A DNA stretch of 32,000 bases. Origin: Okeania sp. (GTDB lineage Bacteria > Cyanobacteriota > Cyanobacteriia > Cyanobacteriales > Microcoleaceae). The notes under the pieces are model-generated. The model had not been told where the DNA came from. It made no database searches and saw only the letters and a list, made by a program, of their open reading frames with translations. Location: positions 1 through 32,000 of the forward strand of contig NZ_JAYKGW010000187.1 of NCBI RefSeq assembly GCF_035285525.1, read 5' to 3'. Positions 1 to 10,761 of this stretch are shown here, piece after piece (positions within the stretch are counted from its first letter, which is position 1; each line of letters starts with the position of its first letter). The position numbers were made by a program, and so were the translations under genes.

Positions 1-275
<275 letters not shown>

Positions 276-302
276 TTCTTAACTGATTGATTAATGAGAA
301 AA

Positions 303-331
303 AGCTCTCCAAAAATGGAGGGCTTTTTTTT
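303..331 (+). terminator. Rho-independent terminator of psbA
   Basis: 8-bp stem agctctcc (303-310) / ggagggct (317-324) with one G-U pair and loop aaaaat. A run of 8 T follows, 28 nt after the psbA stop. Confidence 0.8.
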
Positions 332-577
332 GATCAAAAGTATATGAATCTTACCACTTGCAAAAAAAGTTGTCATACTTGAGGTATATAAAATTACTAT
401 AAAATTCTTAAATTATTATCAATTGATACAGCGATCGCCTACTTTCTATGTAGTAACTTAATTCAAGAATAATTTTCTTAATACCCCTTTGCAAATCGAA
501 AGACACTAGCTATTCTATTGAATAAAGGTCTATATTAATCTAGTAATTCTGTAAGCTTTATGAATTTGAGGTAAGTT

Positions 578-1177
578 ATGAATAAGCCTAGTAGTCTTGT
601 CACGACGGTAATCCTAACATCTATGATAGCTATCAGTGTTAATGTAGTGGGTAAAGCTCAAGAATCTGCTCAATTTGAGTGTATTCAAAAGTATACTAAT
701 CTTGGCGTTTCTCCTGATACTGCAGTTTCTGAGTGTAACAAACAGATTGTTGGTAATTGTATTCGCAAATTAATTGGGCAAAGAGTAGTTGCTACATCTA
801 TTCTTTATTCAGAAGAAGAAGGCTATTTAATCGATCTTGGTAATGAGGACTCTAGTTGGTTAGAAGGTGGTAGTTGGAAAGATAAGGGATGTGTGGCAAA
901 TACAGTTGGGCCTTACAAAAGACAAAGTGATCAACGACGAACATTTTGGAACAATCAAAGGTCTTATGAATGGTTTCGTCAAGGTTGGTGTCAAGAACCA
1001 GAAATAGTTCTTGATAAAACTTACTCTCCTGATGAGGCAAAAATTTTATGCGAGGCTGGATATACAGGTAGTAATACAACAGAAAATCAACCTACAGAAA
1101 GTACCTTTCCAGATAACTCTACAACAGAAAATAAATCTACAGAAAGTAACTTCCCAGACGACTCTAAATCGGACTAA
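578..1177 (+). CDS. Secreted cysteine-rich hypothetical protein with a C-terminal tandem repeat
   Basis: 199-aa ORF. The N-terminus has a hydrophobic signal-like segment (LVTTVILTSMIAISVNVVGKAQ). About 8 Cys. The C-terminus has a duplicated ~15-aa unit (TTENQPTESTFPDN / TTENKSTESNFPDD). I do not recognise the family. Confidence 0.65.
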   Translation: MNKPSSLVTTVILTSMIAISVNVVGKAQESAQFECIQKYTNLGVSPDTAVSECNKQIVGNCIRKLIGQRVVATSILYSEEEGYLIDLGNEDSSWLEGGSWKDKGCVANTVGPYKRQSDQRRTFWNNQRSYEWFRQGWCQEPEIVLDKTYSPDEAKILCEAGYTGSNTTENQPTESTFPDNSTTENKSTESNFPDDSKSD

Positions 1178-1262
1178 AACATATTCGTATTTAATACTAT
1201 TGAAGAAGCATTTTCTCAGAGTTAGTTTTAACCATTTTGATTGACAAAAAAATCTGGTTTTT

Positions 1263-1406
1263 ATATCAAATCGACTGACTACGGTTCCGTAAGAAATCGG
1301 TAATATAAGAAACCGGATTTCTTCGAGGTAAATGTTACTATTTTAAGGGATTTGAGACAAACCCGGTTTCTCTGCTTTTTTATACCGATACTACCGGATT
1401 TGATAT
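1263..1406. mobile_element. MITE-like element with a perfect 10-bp TIR
   Basis: atatcaaatc (1263-1272) versus gatttgatat (1397-1406). The interior carries the recurrent acggttcc...aaatcgg core. The subterminal segment tataccgatactaccgg recurs inverted at about 15704-15720. Confidence 0.5.
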
Positions 1407-1437
1407 TATATCATTTTCGGTTGAATAGTTATCATTA

Positions 1438-1557
1438 GATATCTCCAGAAAAGAGGTAATAGACAATAGGCAATAGGCAATAGGAAAAAATAATTGATAA
1501 TTTCTTGTCGTGATAATTGATTTGATTTTTGATTTCTGGAAATGTCTATTAGGAATA
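1438..1557. mobile_element. MITE-like element, family ATCTCCAGAAA / TTTCTGGAAATGT
   Basis: Imperfect TIR agatatctccagaaa versus tttctggaaatgtct (13/15). The interior has caatagg heptamer repeats and gataattgatttgat. It is related to 15934-16030. Confidence 0.5.
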
Positions 1558-2023
1558 GATGGAAGAGATATCTCAAACCCCTAATATTCATTCCTATCCT
1601 TACCGAAGAATTAAATAATTAAATAATTAAATAATTCACGCCTTGAAGCCTCCGCTTTAAAAGGGAAAAAAATAAATTTTTTCCTTTTATTCAATCCTCT
1701 TCCTTTTACAGAGAGGTCATTACAAATTATTAATTCTTGAAGGAATGTTGTGCATTCATATCGTGAAGCTTTAGCGGAGTTTTGCATGAGCAAAACTTTC
1801 TATTCCGTTCCAGTCGCAATGATTTTATAGTTAGTATTTATCCGAATATAATATTATAGTTGTTTAACTTAAAAATGAGACATTTTTTTTATGTGAAACT
1901 TCGTCAGATCAAGAAAGCTTTGTCTCAATCTAAAGTTAAATGACAATATATTCTATTTTCAGAATTCATGGTTAAGTTTATGCTAAAAAATAAGACATTA
2001 AAAAATATATAAACTGAACTTCT

Positions 2024-3004
2024 ATGGAATCTACTGTCAATTTTCCCATTAAAGAAAAAATACCAGAAAAGTTACCAGTAATAGAAACTACTAACTTAGG
2101 TAAATCATACCGCACTGGCTTTTGGATGAATCAAAAAATAGAGTCTCTGAAAAACTGTAATTTGACAGTTTATCAAGGAGAGACTTTTGGGCTTTTAGGA
2201 CAAAATGGTGCAGGTAAGACTACTCTACTTAAAACTTTACTAGGAATTATCCGCCCTACCTCTGGGGAAGGAACATTATTAGGGCAACCAATAGGCGATC
2301 GCTTGGTTAAGGAAAAAATTGGTTATTTGCCAGAAAATCCTTATTTTTATGACTATTTAACTGGATGGGAATTTTTGGAGTTTGTAGCTGGATTATTTCA
2401 AATATCTAAATCAATACAAAAACAAATAATACCGGAGTTACTTGATTTAGTTGGATTATCTAAATCGGCAGCTATAAAAAAACAATTACGTCAATATTCT
2501 AAAGGAATGTTGCAAAGAGTTGGGATGGCGCAAGCTTTGATTAATGACCCAGAATTAGTGTTTTTAGATGAACCAATGTCAGGTTTAGATCCAATGGGGC
2601 GTTATCAAATCAGAGAAATTATTGTTTCTTTGAAGGAAAAAGGAAAGACTATTTTTTTTAATAGTCATGTTTTATCAGATGTGGAAAAAGTTTGTGATCG
2701 GATAGCTATTCTTGTAGCTGGAGAATTAATTTGTATTGGTACTTTGGATGAAGTATTAGGCATAAATGAAACCTATTATGTTAAGGGTAAAAGTGGTAAT
2801 ATTCAGATCCTTAAACAATGGATTCCAGATTTAGAATTTGAGAATAATTTTTGGCAAGGTCATTTACAGGGAGACCCTCAAGAATTTTTAGTTAGTCTGG
2901 GATTAATGAAAGCTACACTAATTAATATGAACATTGAAAAGATTAGTCTAGAAGAATATTTTATGCAGAAATTACGAGAACGAGGAATTTTTGCTAGTAA
3001 TTAA
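2024..3004 (+). CDS. ABC transporter ATP-binding protein
   Basis: Walker A GQNGAGKTT, ABC signature YSKGMLQRVGMAQAL, Walker B LVFLDEPMSGLD, H-loop NSHVL. About 100-aa C-terminal accessory domain. No adjacent permease. Confidence 0.93.
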   Translation: MESTVNFPIKEKIPEKLPVIETTNLGKSYRTGFWMNQKIESLKNCNLTVYQGETFGLLGQNGAGKTTLLKTLLGIIRPTSGEGTLLGQPIGDRLVKEKIGYLPENPYFYDYLTGWEFLEFVAGLFQISKSIQKQIIPELLDLVGLSKSAAIKKQLRQYSKGMLQRVGMAQALINDPELVFLDEPMSGLDPMGRYQIREIIVSLKEKGKTIFFNSHVLSDVEKVCDRIAILVAGELICIGTLDEVLGINETYYVKGKSGNIQILKQWIPDLEFENNFWQGHLQGDPQEFLVSLGLMKATLINMNIEKISLEEYFMQKLRERGIFASN

Positions 3005-3043
3005 TAAATACTTCCAAAAAAGAGCGAAAAATCTTAGTTTATA

Positions 3044-3162
3044 TAGGGTTGGGAGACCAAACCCCGACGGTCTTAAATTCTACTATGGTTTGGTTTAGAA
3101 ACCAAAATCCTATTTTTATTTATCCTCAAGCTTCCCACCTTCTGCTTTTTCAGCAAATCCTA
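3044..3162. mobile_element. Short MITE of the TAGGG...CCTAAT family
   Basis: Starts tagggttgggagaccaaacccc and ends tttttcagcaaatcctaat. Carries an internal accaaacccc/ggtttggt inverted repeat like the one at 23202-23266. Abuts the next element. Confidence 0.5.
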
Positions 3163-3375
3163 ATTAGGGTTGTCTGAAAAAGTATGAAAGTATTAACATT
3201 CTAAAGTTTTAACCTTTTTATGTAGGGAAAAAGTACCTGGTTTTGAGCTGCTTAATGCACGATTCCCGAAAAATCAAAAATTTACCATCTTCGCTTCATC
3301 GTTGGGAAAAAAAATTACTTTCCTACTCCTCTACTCCCCTACTCCTGAAAAAAGACCTTTTCAGCAAACCCTAAT
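3163..3375. mobile_element. MITE, ATTAGGG...CCCTAAT family
   Basis: TIR attagggttgtctgaaaaag versus cttttcagcaaaccctaat. TA on both flanks (3161-62, 3376-77). The interior holds the cacgattcccgaaaaatcaaaaattt core and ctactcc repeats. It ends 3 nt from the GT2 stop codon. Confidence 0.72.
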
Positions 3376-3378
3376 TAA

Positions 3379-4308
3379 TTAAAATCTGCTTCCGTAAATT
3401 TGCTTTTTTTTTAGCTTTTTTCGAGAAAAAATTGCCTCTAAAAAAATTAGCCAGGCTTGAGGATAAAAAGCTGCTGGCAATAAGATATTTAAAGCTGTTA
3501 AAAATTGTTTTTGTTTGACAGCTATCATGCCCCAATGTAAATTCATATATCGTCTAATATTGCTAATATCTGGAATGAAATTTTTGTGCTTTTTATTCAC
3601 TCTGGCATAAATTTTTTCTTTCATTAAAATATTAGTATCACAACGTTTTTGTATAGGAATTTTTTGGTCATAACCTCCAGACCAAACAGTACGAAAAACT
3701 AAACATTTATTGATAAAAATAGCATCACCTAAATCAGTAATTCTCACCCAAGAATCAATATCATCACAACTTGTTAAATTAGTATCCCATCCACCACACT
3801 CTAAAAAAGCATCTCTACGAAAAGCCACTTGAATAGTAGTACCAAAAGGCACTAATTCTAGTAACATTCCATAATGAACATCTTCTTGAGAAATATAAAA
3901 TGCTGTTCCCGGTCCAGTTTTTCTAGTACGACTAATTTCTACCTCATTAATATCAACTTGTGCTGCTTGACAAGAAAGAATTACTGATTCAGGATGAAGA
4001 GTAATTACTTTAGTCATTTCTTCCAGACAATTAGGTGCTAAATAGTCATCATCATCTATAGGTTTTATCCAATCTCCCTGAGCATTTTGAACACCTATAT
4101 TCATTGTAGCTGCATGACCTTGATTAGAAGTAGTACGATAATAAGTCAGGCGATCGCCAAAACTTTTCACATATTCTTCTGTACCATCTGTCGAACAATC
4201 ATCAACTACAATTATTTCACATTCTATTGCTTGTTCTAAAGCGGAATTAATTGCCCGTTTTAATAAATTTAAACGATTATAGGTTGTAATTACAACACTA
4301 AATTTCAT
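3379..4308 (-). CDS. Family 2 glycosyltransferase
   Basis: The N-terminus FSVVITTYNRLNLLKRAINSAL...VVDDCSTDGT and a downstream DDDD acidic motif are typical of the GT-A/GT2 fold. 309 aa. Confidence 0.92.
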   Translation of the reverse strand: MKFSVVITTYNRLNLLKRAINSALEQAIECEIIVVDDCSTDGTEEYVKSFGDRLTYYRTTSNQGHAATMNIGVQNAQGDWIKPIDDDDYLAPNCLEEMTKVITLHPESVILSCQAAQVDINEVEISRTRKTGPGTAFYISQEDVHYGMLLELVPFGTTIQVAFRRDAFLECGGWDTNLTSCDDIDSWVRITDLGDAIFINKCLVFRTVWSGGYDQKIPIQKRCDTNILMKEKIYARVNKKHKNFIPDISNIRRYMNLHWGMIAVKQKQFLTALNILLPAAFYPQAWLIFLEAIFSRKKLKKKQIYGSRF

Positions 4309-4398
4309 CTATAAATTTTCCTCCATATTTTTTGAGCGATCAGAAGAAGAAATAACATAGGAAGAAGTAAAAAGGCAAACCAATATTTTGATTTAGAT

Positions 4399-4776
4399 TT
4401 ATTGTTGCAGATTTTGTAACTTTGATTGATATTTTGGGCAAAAAGAAATTACGCCTGATGCTATTACTTTACCTGTATAAAGAGCTGCCGTTTGTAATTG
4501 TTCTTGTGTTAAACCTGACTGTAATAGTGAAATAGCTGCCTGGGTTGAAACTTCTTCCACAGAAGAACCTTTTTCTAAAGAAATACAAGTATTACGAGCT
4601 AATTCTAATGCTTTTTTTTCACCTATAATATTATGTATTTCTACTTCTGCTGGAGTTAATGAACTTCCTAATAAGTCTTCAAATGATTCTGCTTGAGCAG
4701 GACTAGATAATAGTAGGTTTAATAGTATAGTTATACTAATACTTAAACTTTGACGTATTCTATTATTTTTTTTCAT
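4399..4776 (-). CDS. Small secreted hypothetical protein
   Basis: 125-aa ORF with signal peptide (SISITILLNLLLSSPAQA-ES). Same strand as the GT2 gene and 90 nt upstream of it. No recognised domain. Confidence 0.6.
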   Translation of the reverse strand: MKKNNRIRQSLSISITILLNLLLSSPAQAESFEDLLGSSLTPAEVEIHNIIGEKKALELARNTCISLEKGSSVEEVSTQAAISLLQSGLTQEQLQTAALYTGKVIASGVISFCPKYQSKLQNLQQ

Positions 4777-4807
4777 TTTCTTATTTCTTCAGATAAGAAT
4801 ATTTAGA

Positions 4808-5508
4808 TAGGGTTGGCGCTCAAAAGTTCGATCGTGGACGTAGGGAGTAGGGAGTCAATCCACCCCTAATACCTCCCAAGAGCTATCCTTTATTAAGGAA
4901 CTCCTGAAACCCTTGTGGAGGAAAAGGTAGACAAGGTAGACAAGGAAAAAGCATCTCAAATGAGAGGAGCATAATTTCTTACTAATGTCTGCGTTTTATG
5001 TTAAGAAAGATGTTTATAAAGCATAGCTTCCAGGAGGGGGAGTAGTTAAGAGTTAAGATAAATAGAAGTTACAGAGGAGTTGGCCACAAAAAGAGTAAGA
5101 GTGATTATTTTATCATAGTTAGCCAAAAATGCTCAATTTTTGATTTTTCGGGAATCGTACCTCAGTAGCCTAAAAGTTCCCACTTTCTTGATACCTAAAA
5201 ATCATAAAACCCTTATCTATCAATCCTTCTATATTTATTCAGACAGCCCTAGATAGGGTTTGCGTATGGAAAGTTTTTTGGTAGGGTTAGAAGTCAACCC
5301 ACCCCTAACCCCTCCCAACCCACTCCCTACTCCCTACTCCCCCGTTCCCGTAGGAACGTTGCATGCAACGTCCCTACCCTTCACAACAAGACTGAAGAAG
5401 CGCAAACCCTAATTATTACAGAAAAACTAAAGGGAAATTATGAATGACCTTTTCTAGAACTTTCCTAAATCCTAACTCTTAACTACTCCCTACTCCCTAC
5501 TCCCTTAA
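4808..5508. repeat. Intergenic region filled by abutting MITE copies (about 4808-5251, 5254-5413, 5414-5508)
   Basis: tagggttggcgctcaaaag...ttcagacagcccta, then tagggtttgcgtatggaaagt...gcgcaaaccctaat, then a segment matching 31700-31815. Contains gggagta repeats, the tttttcgggaatcgtacc core and the palindrome gtaggaacgttgcatgcaacgtccctac. Confidence 0.55.
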
Positions 5509-6522
5509 CTAAAGCGATACATTTTTTAAATAACTACGAGGATCAAAAGTACGATTAGCCTTAATTTTCTCATAACATTCCCTTTCTAGAGAACTAATAT
5601 TTTTGGGAGCAGTAATAATAATTCTTACTAACTGATCGGTACGTTCCCCAGATTTAGGTTTAGGCCATCCCTTACCTCGCAAACGCAAAGACTGACCAGA
5701 ACGAATACCCGCAGGAACATTAACATTAACCATACCATCTGGAGTAGGAACATCTATCGAAGTTCCTAAAACAGCTTCATCGGGAGTTACTGGTACTTCA
5801 CATAATAAATTATCTCCCTCAAATTGATAAAAAGAATGAGGCTGAATTTCTACCTTCAAATATAAATCTCCCCTTTGTTGAGTATATGGATCTAATTGAC
5901 CTCTACCTTTAACTCTGATTTTGCTTCCTGGTTTTACTCCAGAAGGAATTGAAACTTCTCCACCACCCACACGCCTTTGCGTCCCATTAAAAGCTTCTGC
6001 AAAAGTTAGAGTAATATCAGCTTCTAAATTTAGGGAAGTTGCCGACTTACGACTATCAAAACCAGAACGACCATCAAATCCATCACTAAACCCTCCTGGC
6101 CAACCTGTATTGGTTTTGTAGGTGTAAGTTTGTCGCCCACCACGATTACTACTACCAGGACTACCACTACGTCCTAATAAAGTATTGATAAAGTCATCAA
6201 AGCTGGCATACTGACTAAAGTCAAATCCACTAAAATCTACAGTAGTACCACTTGCACCACCAGACCATCCACCGCCACTAGAACCTACCTGTTTCCAATA
6301 TTGACCAAATTGGTCATATTTTTGGCGTTTTTCTGGGTCTGATAAAACTTCATAAGCTTCGTTAACTTCTTTGAAACGAGCTTCAGCTTTGCGATCGCCA
6401 GGATTCATATCTGGGTGATATTTTCGAGCTAATTTACGATAAGCTTTTTTTATTTCTTCTGCACTAGCAGTTTTAGTTAAACCTAAGATTGAGTAATAGT
6501 CTTTAAAATCTGTTGTCGCCAT
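5509..6522 (-). CDS. DnaJ-family co-chaperone (J domain plus DnaJ C-terminal domain, no zinc finger; CbpA-like)
   Basis: J domain [36 protein letters not shown] with the HPD motif, followed by a G/S-rich linker. The C-terminal substrate-binding domain reads GDLYLKVEI...RLRGKG. No CxxCxGxG repeats. Confidence 0.93.
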   Translation of the reverse strand: MATTDFKDYYSILGLTKTASAEEIKKAYRKLARKYHPDMNPGDRKAEARFKEVNEAYEVLSDPEKRQKYDQFGQYWKQVGSSGGGWSGGASGTTVDFSGFDFSQYASFDDFINTLLGRSGSPGSSNRGGRQTYTYKTNTGWPGGFSDGFDGRSGFDSRKSATSLNLEADITLTFAEAFNGTQRRVGGGEVSIPSGVKPGSKIRVKGRGQLDPYTQQRGDLYLKVEIQPHSFYQFEGDNLLCEVPVTPDEAVLGTSIDVPTPDGMVNVNVPAGIRSGQSLRLRGKGWPKPKSGERTDQLVRIIITAPKNISSLERECYEKIKANRTFDPRSYLKNVSL

Positions 6523-6875
6523 TTATTCTCCTCTTGATATTATATTTTTGAGCAATTACATTAATGTTAATATATGATTATTTTTGAGTTTTGGAATTGT
6601 ATAGGATTATTGGGAAATAGAAATAATTTTGATTTTGATGGTGTTTTTTTTGTAGGTATTTAGCTATTAGCAAGTCACCTCAAGCGCAATAAAAATGAAT
6701 TAAACAAGCATTAACTTGAATGCTGATAATATATGTTTTCAGTTATTATGATAATAATTCATCTTTGACTTTCATTAGAACTTATCCTGAAACAAGTTTA
6801 ATTTAAAATAGTAAATTTTGTCAGAGAAAAAAACAATAAATTAGGGCGATAAACCGAATTGATTTTTAAGTTTTG

Positions 6876-7117
6876 GTAAGCATTCAGCAGTCAGCTATCA
6901 GGCATTATAAGAGTGCTTTTGGCTTCTGATAAAAGCTTTATTATACGGTTCCGGATAAATCAGAATTTTTTTTACTATAAAAGCGAGTTTTCGACTCTAT
7001 ATTTGTTGAAATATTCTCCTCAAGCTTGAGGTTTTTATTAGCTGAATAGGAGCGCATTCCGGAGGAAAAGCTGATAGTTAATAGCTGTTTGCGCAGCATT
7101 CTTCAGGAAATGCTTAC
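6876..7117. mobile_element. MITE, GTAAGCATTCAGC family (copy 1)
   Basis: Starts gtaagcattcagc and ends caggaaatgcttac. The flanking 8-mers aagttttg / aattttgg match 6/8. Confidence 0.62.
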
Positions 7118-7144
7118 AATTTTGGTGTGTCACTCCTGCTCCTA

Positions 7145-7391
7145 ATTAGAGCTTGCTAAAAAAGTCTTTTAGTAGCGGGGAGGAGTCAGAATCGAGCAAT
7201 CCAGCAATCCGTATAGGAATAACAGTTATAAAGGAATTAGCTGGAAGAATTTTCTCTTAATTTTTCTCTCCTACTAAACTTTTTCTGCTAACTTTTTTCA
7301 CCTTTTTGACCTAAAAGCTGATACTTTTTCCAGACATAAAATTGCTACTTTATCTGTCAATGGTTTCATCTTTTCATACGCAAACCCTAAT
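7145..7391. mobile_element. MITE, ATTAG(G/A)G...CATACGCAAACCCTAAT subfamily
   Basis: TA|attagagcttgctaaaaaagtc ... ttttcatacgcaaaccctaat|TA. The interior is colinear with 29906-30189 (tctcttaatttttc..., ctgctaactttttt..., tttttgacctaaaa...). Confidence 0.65.
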
Positions 7392-7785
7392 TATTAGTAA
7401 GTTGTTTTTTTACAAATTATCAAAATTAACTATTTAGTTAAGTTCGGTTATTTCTGAAAAACTAATGGCAATTGCCGTACACATTTTTTTCTGTTGTTAG
7501 TAACTGGCTTGCTTGTTTAATCAATTTACAATTACTTTAAAGAATTAGTTAAAATTATGAATTTATCTAAAAATTACAATCATTTAAAATTAAAAAATAA
7601 ACAGTAAAACCTTGATTATTTCAGATTAAAAATTTCAAAATAAATATAGCGCTACTTTTAGGGAACAGGCAACAGGGAACAGGTATGGAGAAAAAATGAA
7701 TAGCTGATCATATAAGGTTTTTAGCTATTGAACACCTCCTGCAATTTGTAAATATTAAGTCCGCACATTGCTATATCCTATAACT

Positions 7786-7931
7786 GTAAGCATTCAGCTA
7801 TTAGCAATGAATAACTATTTTTGAGCTTTGGGAAGACAGTTTCGATAGTAACTTTTTATTGTTTTTCAACTTCAACGGTTATTTGATCTTCTTCACAATT
7901 AATACCTAATAGCTGAGAGCTGAATGCTTAC
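7786..7931. mobile_element. MITE, GTAAGCATTCAGC family (copy 2) with a perfect 8-bp TSD
   Basis: Perfect 14-bp TIR gtaagcattcagct / agctgaatgcttac. Direct repeat ctataact sits immediately at both flanks (7778-7785 and 7932-7939). Confidence 0.85.
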
Positions 7932-8230
7932 CTATAACTTAACAAAAAAAAGATTATTTATTTGTCATAAATAATGAATTTTGCTCAAACAATCCTAAGT
8001 ATTCATTCTGCATCGTCAGCTAGCCTCCTGGGTCGGAACTACGTTAACAACTATTGATTTTAGTTGGAAATAAAAGCTTTATTAATTGAAGTAAATATAA
8101 TTTTACTGTAAAAACTGACTTTATAGGTTATTTTCATTTAAAGCTTTTCCTTAAGGTTTGGATATTATTGCTGAATGGGAGCGCATTCCGCAGGAAATGA
8201 TGATAGCTAATAGCTGAATCCTTACCAATC

Positions 8231-8692
8231 TTATTCAGTAATTCGTTTTACTTCATCAAATCCTTCCGCACAACTTGGGGGAACATCTATTAATTGTCGA
8301 GACATTTTCATAATTACTTCTTCTGGTACTTGGCGCTGTCGTTGTTTATTTCTTTCTAAGCATAATTGTAATGATTTGTCAACCCATAAACCTATTATCT
8401 GACTAAATCCAGTTTCTCTAGCCTGGTCAATTACTTCTCTTCTTCCCCGACGTTGGGTATTAGTAGCATCATATATAGCCAGAGATGTTTGGTTGACAGC
8501 TTGGTGAAACTGTTGCTGTACTTCCTGCCACACCTTTAACCAAAGCCCCTGAATTGTTTCATCACCAAATAATTGAGCGCGAATAGCATCAGTAGAAATT
8601 AATTGACACTGAGGATATCTAGAGACTATTTTCCTGGCTAGAGTAGATTTGCCACTCGCTGGAAGTCCAATGAGAATAATTAATCTGGTCAT
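8231..8692 (-). CDS. P-loop kinase / AAA_33-type ATP-binding protein
   Basis: 153 aa with Walker A GLPASGKST near the N-terminus. The size and layout resemble small nucleotide or polynucleotide kinase-like proteins. The gene is isolated between repeat-filled spacers. Confidence 0.8.
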   Translation of the reverse strand: MTRLIILIGLPASGKSTLARKIVSRYPQCQLISTDAIRAQLFGDETIQGLWLKVWQEVQQQFHQAVNQTSLAIYDATNTQRRGRREVIDQARETGFSQIIGLWVDKSLQLCLERNKQRQRQVPEEVIMKMSRQLIDVPPSCAEGFDEVKRITE

Positions 8693-8980
8693 TTCAGTTA
8701 TCAGTTATAGCGCTGTGCCCAGGCAATAGGCAACAGGTAATAGGCAATAAGGGGAATAAATTAGTGATAAGATAAAAATTTTAGCTATTTATTACTCTGC
8801 TGAAAAAGTCCGAAAGTATTGAGCCTTTTTAGGTAGGAAAAAAGTACCTGGTTTTGAGTTGCTTAATACACGGTTCCCGAAAAATCAAAAATTTACCATC
8901 TTCGGCTCATCGTTGGGCAAAAAAAATTACTCCCCTACTCCCCTACTCCCCTACTCCCCTACTCCCCAACTCCCCTACGC

Positions 8981-9205
8981 CTTAAAAAAGACTGAAGAAG
9001 CGCAAACCCTATTTAGCCCCTCCAGCAATTTGTAAATATACCAGCGCTTATTGCTATGTCAGTTATTAATACTGACTCTCGTAAGAACGTTGCATAAGGG
9101 CGTCCCTACCCTTAAAAAAGACTGAAGAAGCAACCCTATTTAGCCCCTTCGGCAATTTGTAAATATACCAGCGCTCATTGCTATGTAAGTTATTAATACT
9201 GACTG
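8981..9205. repeat. Tandem duplication, period 130 bp (about 1.7 copies)
   Basis: cttaaaaaagactgaagaag...ccctatttagcccc...gcaatttgtaaatataccagcgct.attgctatgt.agttattaatactgact occurs starting at 8981 and again at 9111. It lies next to a MITE-like segment at about 8797-9012. Confidence 0.8.
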
Positions 9206-9400
9206 CTGAAGGATAATGAATTTTGCCTAATAACTTTTTCAGAAATTTTTTCTACAGTTTGAGAAATTATATGGTATAATTACCTCTACTTTTTGAACAA
9301 AAGAACAATATTTATAAATTAATGGGACATTAAATCCCACTAATTTACCGTTGATTTCAATAAGTCAATTATGCAAAGATTGTGTAAAGCTAGGAATTAG

Positions 9401-10687
9401 CTAGATTTCTGTGTTATCTGGGATAGTAGCATTTTTCAAGACCACAACAATACCACTACGAATGATGAACCCTTCATCCTCCCGTTGAGCCTCTTCTATC
9501 CTGTCCTTATTGACTATTTGGACATTACGACCAATGCGGGCATTCTTATCAATAATTGCTCCACGAATTGTCGTGTTGGCACCAATACCCAAAGGTACAT
9601 GACCCTCTTGCAGGCCAGATTGACGTTCAGCAAAAGGTTCATAATAGTCTGAACCCATCAGTAGAGAATCTTGAATTAAACAATCAGCTTCTACACGAGA
9701 CCGCACACCTAACACACAATGGTCAATCTGACATTTTTTCAGAATACAACCTTCTCCCACAATTGACTCTGTAATTTGGCAGTCCAAAACTTTACTTGGA
9801 GGTAAGTAACGAGAGCGAGTGTAGATAGGAGCTGTTTCATCATAGAAACTAAACGGAGGTTGAGGCTGTTGAGTCAAAGCCAAGTTAGCATCATAGAAAG
9901 ACTTGATAGTTCCGATATCTTCCCAATAACCTTGGAATGGGTAAGCTTGAACATTATACTTATTAGCTGACTTGGGTAAAATTTCCTTACCAAAATCTGT
10001 ATGGTCTGATTCTTCTATAAGTTTGATCATTACATCTTTATTAAAGACATAAATCCCCATAGAAGCAATATAAGGTTGTTCTTTAGCTATTTCTGGACTA
10101 ACTCCTAAGATGGAGGTATCAACTGCCATAGCTTTGAGGGCATCACCTTTAGGTTTTTCACTAAATTCAATAATCCGACCTGAGTCATCAATTTTCATTA
10201 AGCCAAAGTCGGAGGCCCGTCCTTCATCAATGGGTAAAACGGAAAGGGTAATATCTGCCTTAGTGTCAATATGGCGTTGGACAAACTCTCGGTAGTCCAT
10301 GCGGTAGAGATGGTCTCCAGAGAGAATTAGGTAATAGTCAATATCCCACTCTTTAAATAACCAAATGTATTTACGGACAGCGTCGGCTGTTCCTTGGAAC
10401 CATTCTGGATTATCTTTAGTTTGTTGGGCTGCCAGAACTTCGACAAAACCTTCACTGAAACCTGGGAAGTTATAGGCACGAGTAATATGACGGTTAAGAG
10501 AAGCTGAGTTAAATTGGGTCAGAACATAGATTTTTTGGATATCTGAGTTGATACAGTTACTGATGGGGATATCTATTAAACGATATTTACCAGCTAGGGG
10601 GACTGCTGGTTTGGCCCGCAGTTTAGTTAAGGGATAGAGGCGAGTGCCTGCTCCACCACCTAAAATTATACCTAATACATTTTTCAC
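9401..10687 (-). CDS. glgC: Glucose-1-phosphate adenylyltransferase
   Basis: The N-terminus [45 protein letters not shown] and the full 428-aa length are typical of cyanobacterial GlgC. Confidence 0.97.
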   Translation of the reverse strand: MKNVLGIILGGGAGTRLYPLTKLRAKPAVPLAGKYRLIDIPISNCINSDIQKIYVLTQFNSASLNRHITRAYNFPGFSEGFVEVLAAQQTKDNPEWFQGTADAVRKYIWLFKEWDIDYYLILSGDHLYRMDYREFVQRHIDTKADITLSVLPIDEGRASDFGLMKIDDSGRIIEFSEKPKGDALKAMAVDTSILGVSPEIAKEQPYIASMGIYVFNKDVMIKLIEESDHTDFGKEILPKSANKYNVQAYPFQGYWEDIGTIKSFYDANLALTQQPQPPFSFYDETAPIYTRSRYLPPSKVLDCQITESIVGEGCILKKCQIDHCVLGVRSRVEADCLIQDSLLMGSDYYEPFAERQSGLQEGHVPLGIGANTTIRGAIIDKNARIGRNVQIVNKDRIEEAQREDEGFIIRSGIVVVLKNATIPDNTEI

Positions 10688-10761
10688 AGTTGAACCTCAA
10701 TATTTATGATATTCACATTCTTAGTGTCCAATGGTTGGGGATCATTGGCAAGAGGATAGTA

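Noticed and set aside
852-1244. ORFs 852-1079(-) and 1011-1244(+)
   Set aside because: They overlap the better-supported 578-1177 secreted-protein gene as antisense or alternative-frame shadows.
1406-1793. ORFs 1406-1591(-) and 1611-1793(-)
   Set aside because: They fall within repeat elements and AT-rich spacer (caatagg heptamers, an aaataatta tandem). They have low-complexity translations and no recognisable motifs.
3159-3170. TTAGGG/CCCTAA at MITE termini resembling telomeric repeats
   Set aside because: These are single copies at inverted-repeat ends rather than tandem arrays. The resemblance is coincidental.
5921-6121. ORF 5921-6121(+), plus 9556-9774(+), 10110-10295(+), 11124-11396(+), 11653-11898(+), 13548-13733(+), 17425-17607(-), 19886-20272(+), 22444-22785(+), 24365-24556(-), 24766-24975(-), 25328-25552(-) and 27960-28157(+)
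   Set aside because: All are antisense shadow ORFs inside well-supported genes (dnaJ-like, glgC, pentapeptide, HTH-like, peptidase, lipoprotein, hlyD-like, iscB, ruvB). None shows an independent signal.
6523-8230. Search for tRNA, rRNA, tmRNA or RNase P-like genes in the long spacers
   Set aside because: I found no cloverleaf-compatible segment or recognisable conserved RNA motif by eye. The GC-richer patches all belong to dispersed repeat families. A tRNAscan or Rfam scan would be needed to exclude small RNAs.
8925-8980. ctactccc / gggagta short tandem arrays (also 5320-5345, 19074-19140, 29940-29975) considered as a possible CRISPR array
   Set aside because: The units are 7-8 nt with no spacers. 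These are STRR-type microsatellites embedded in MITEs, not CRISPR repeats. No cas genes are present apart from the Cas9-ancestor-like iscB, which does not use arrays.
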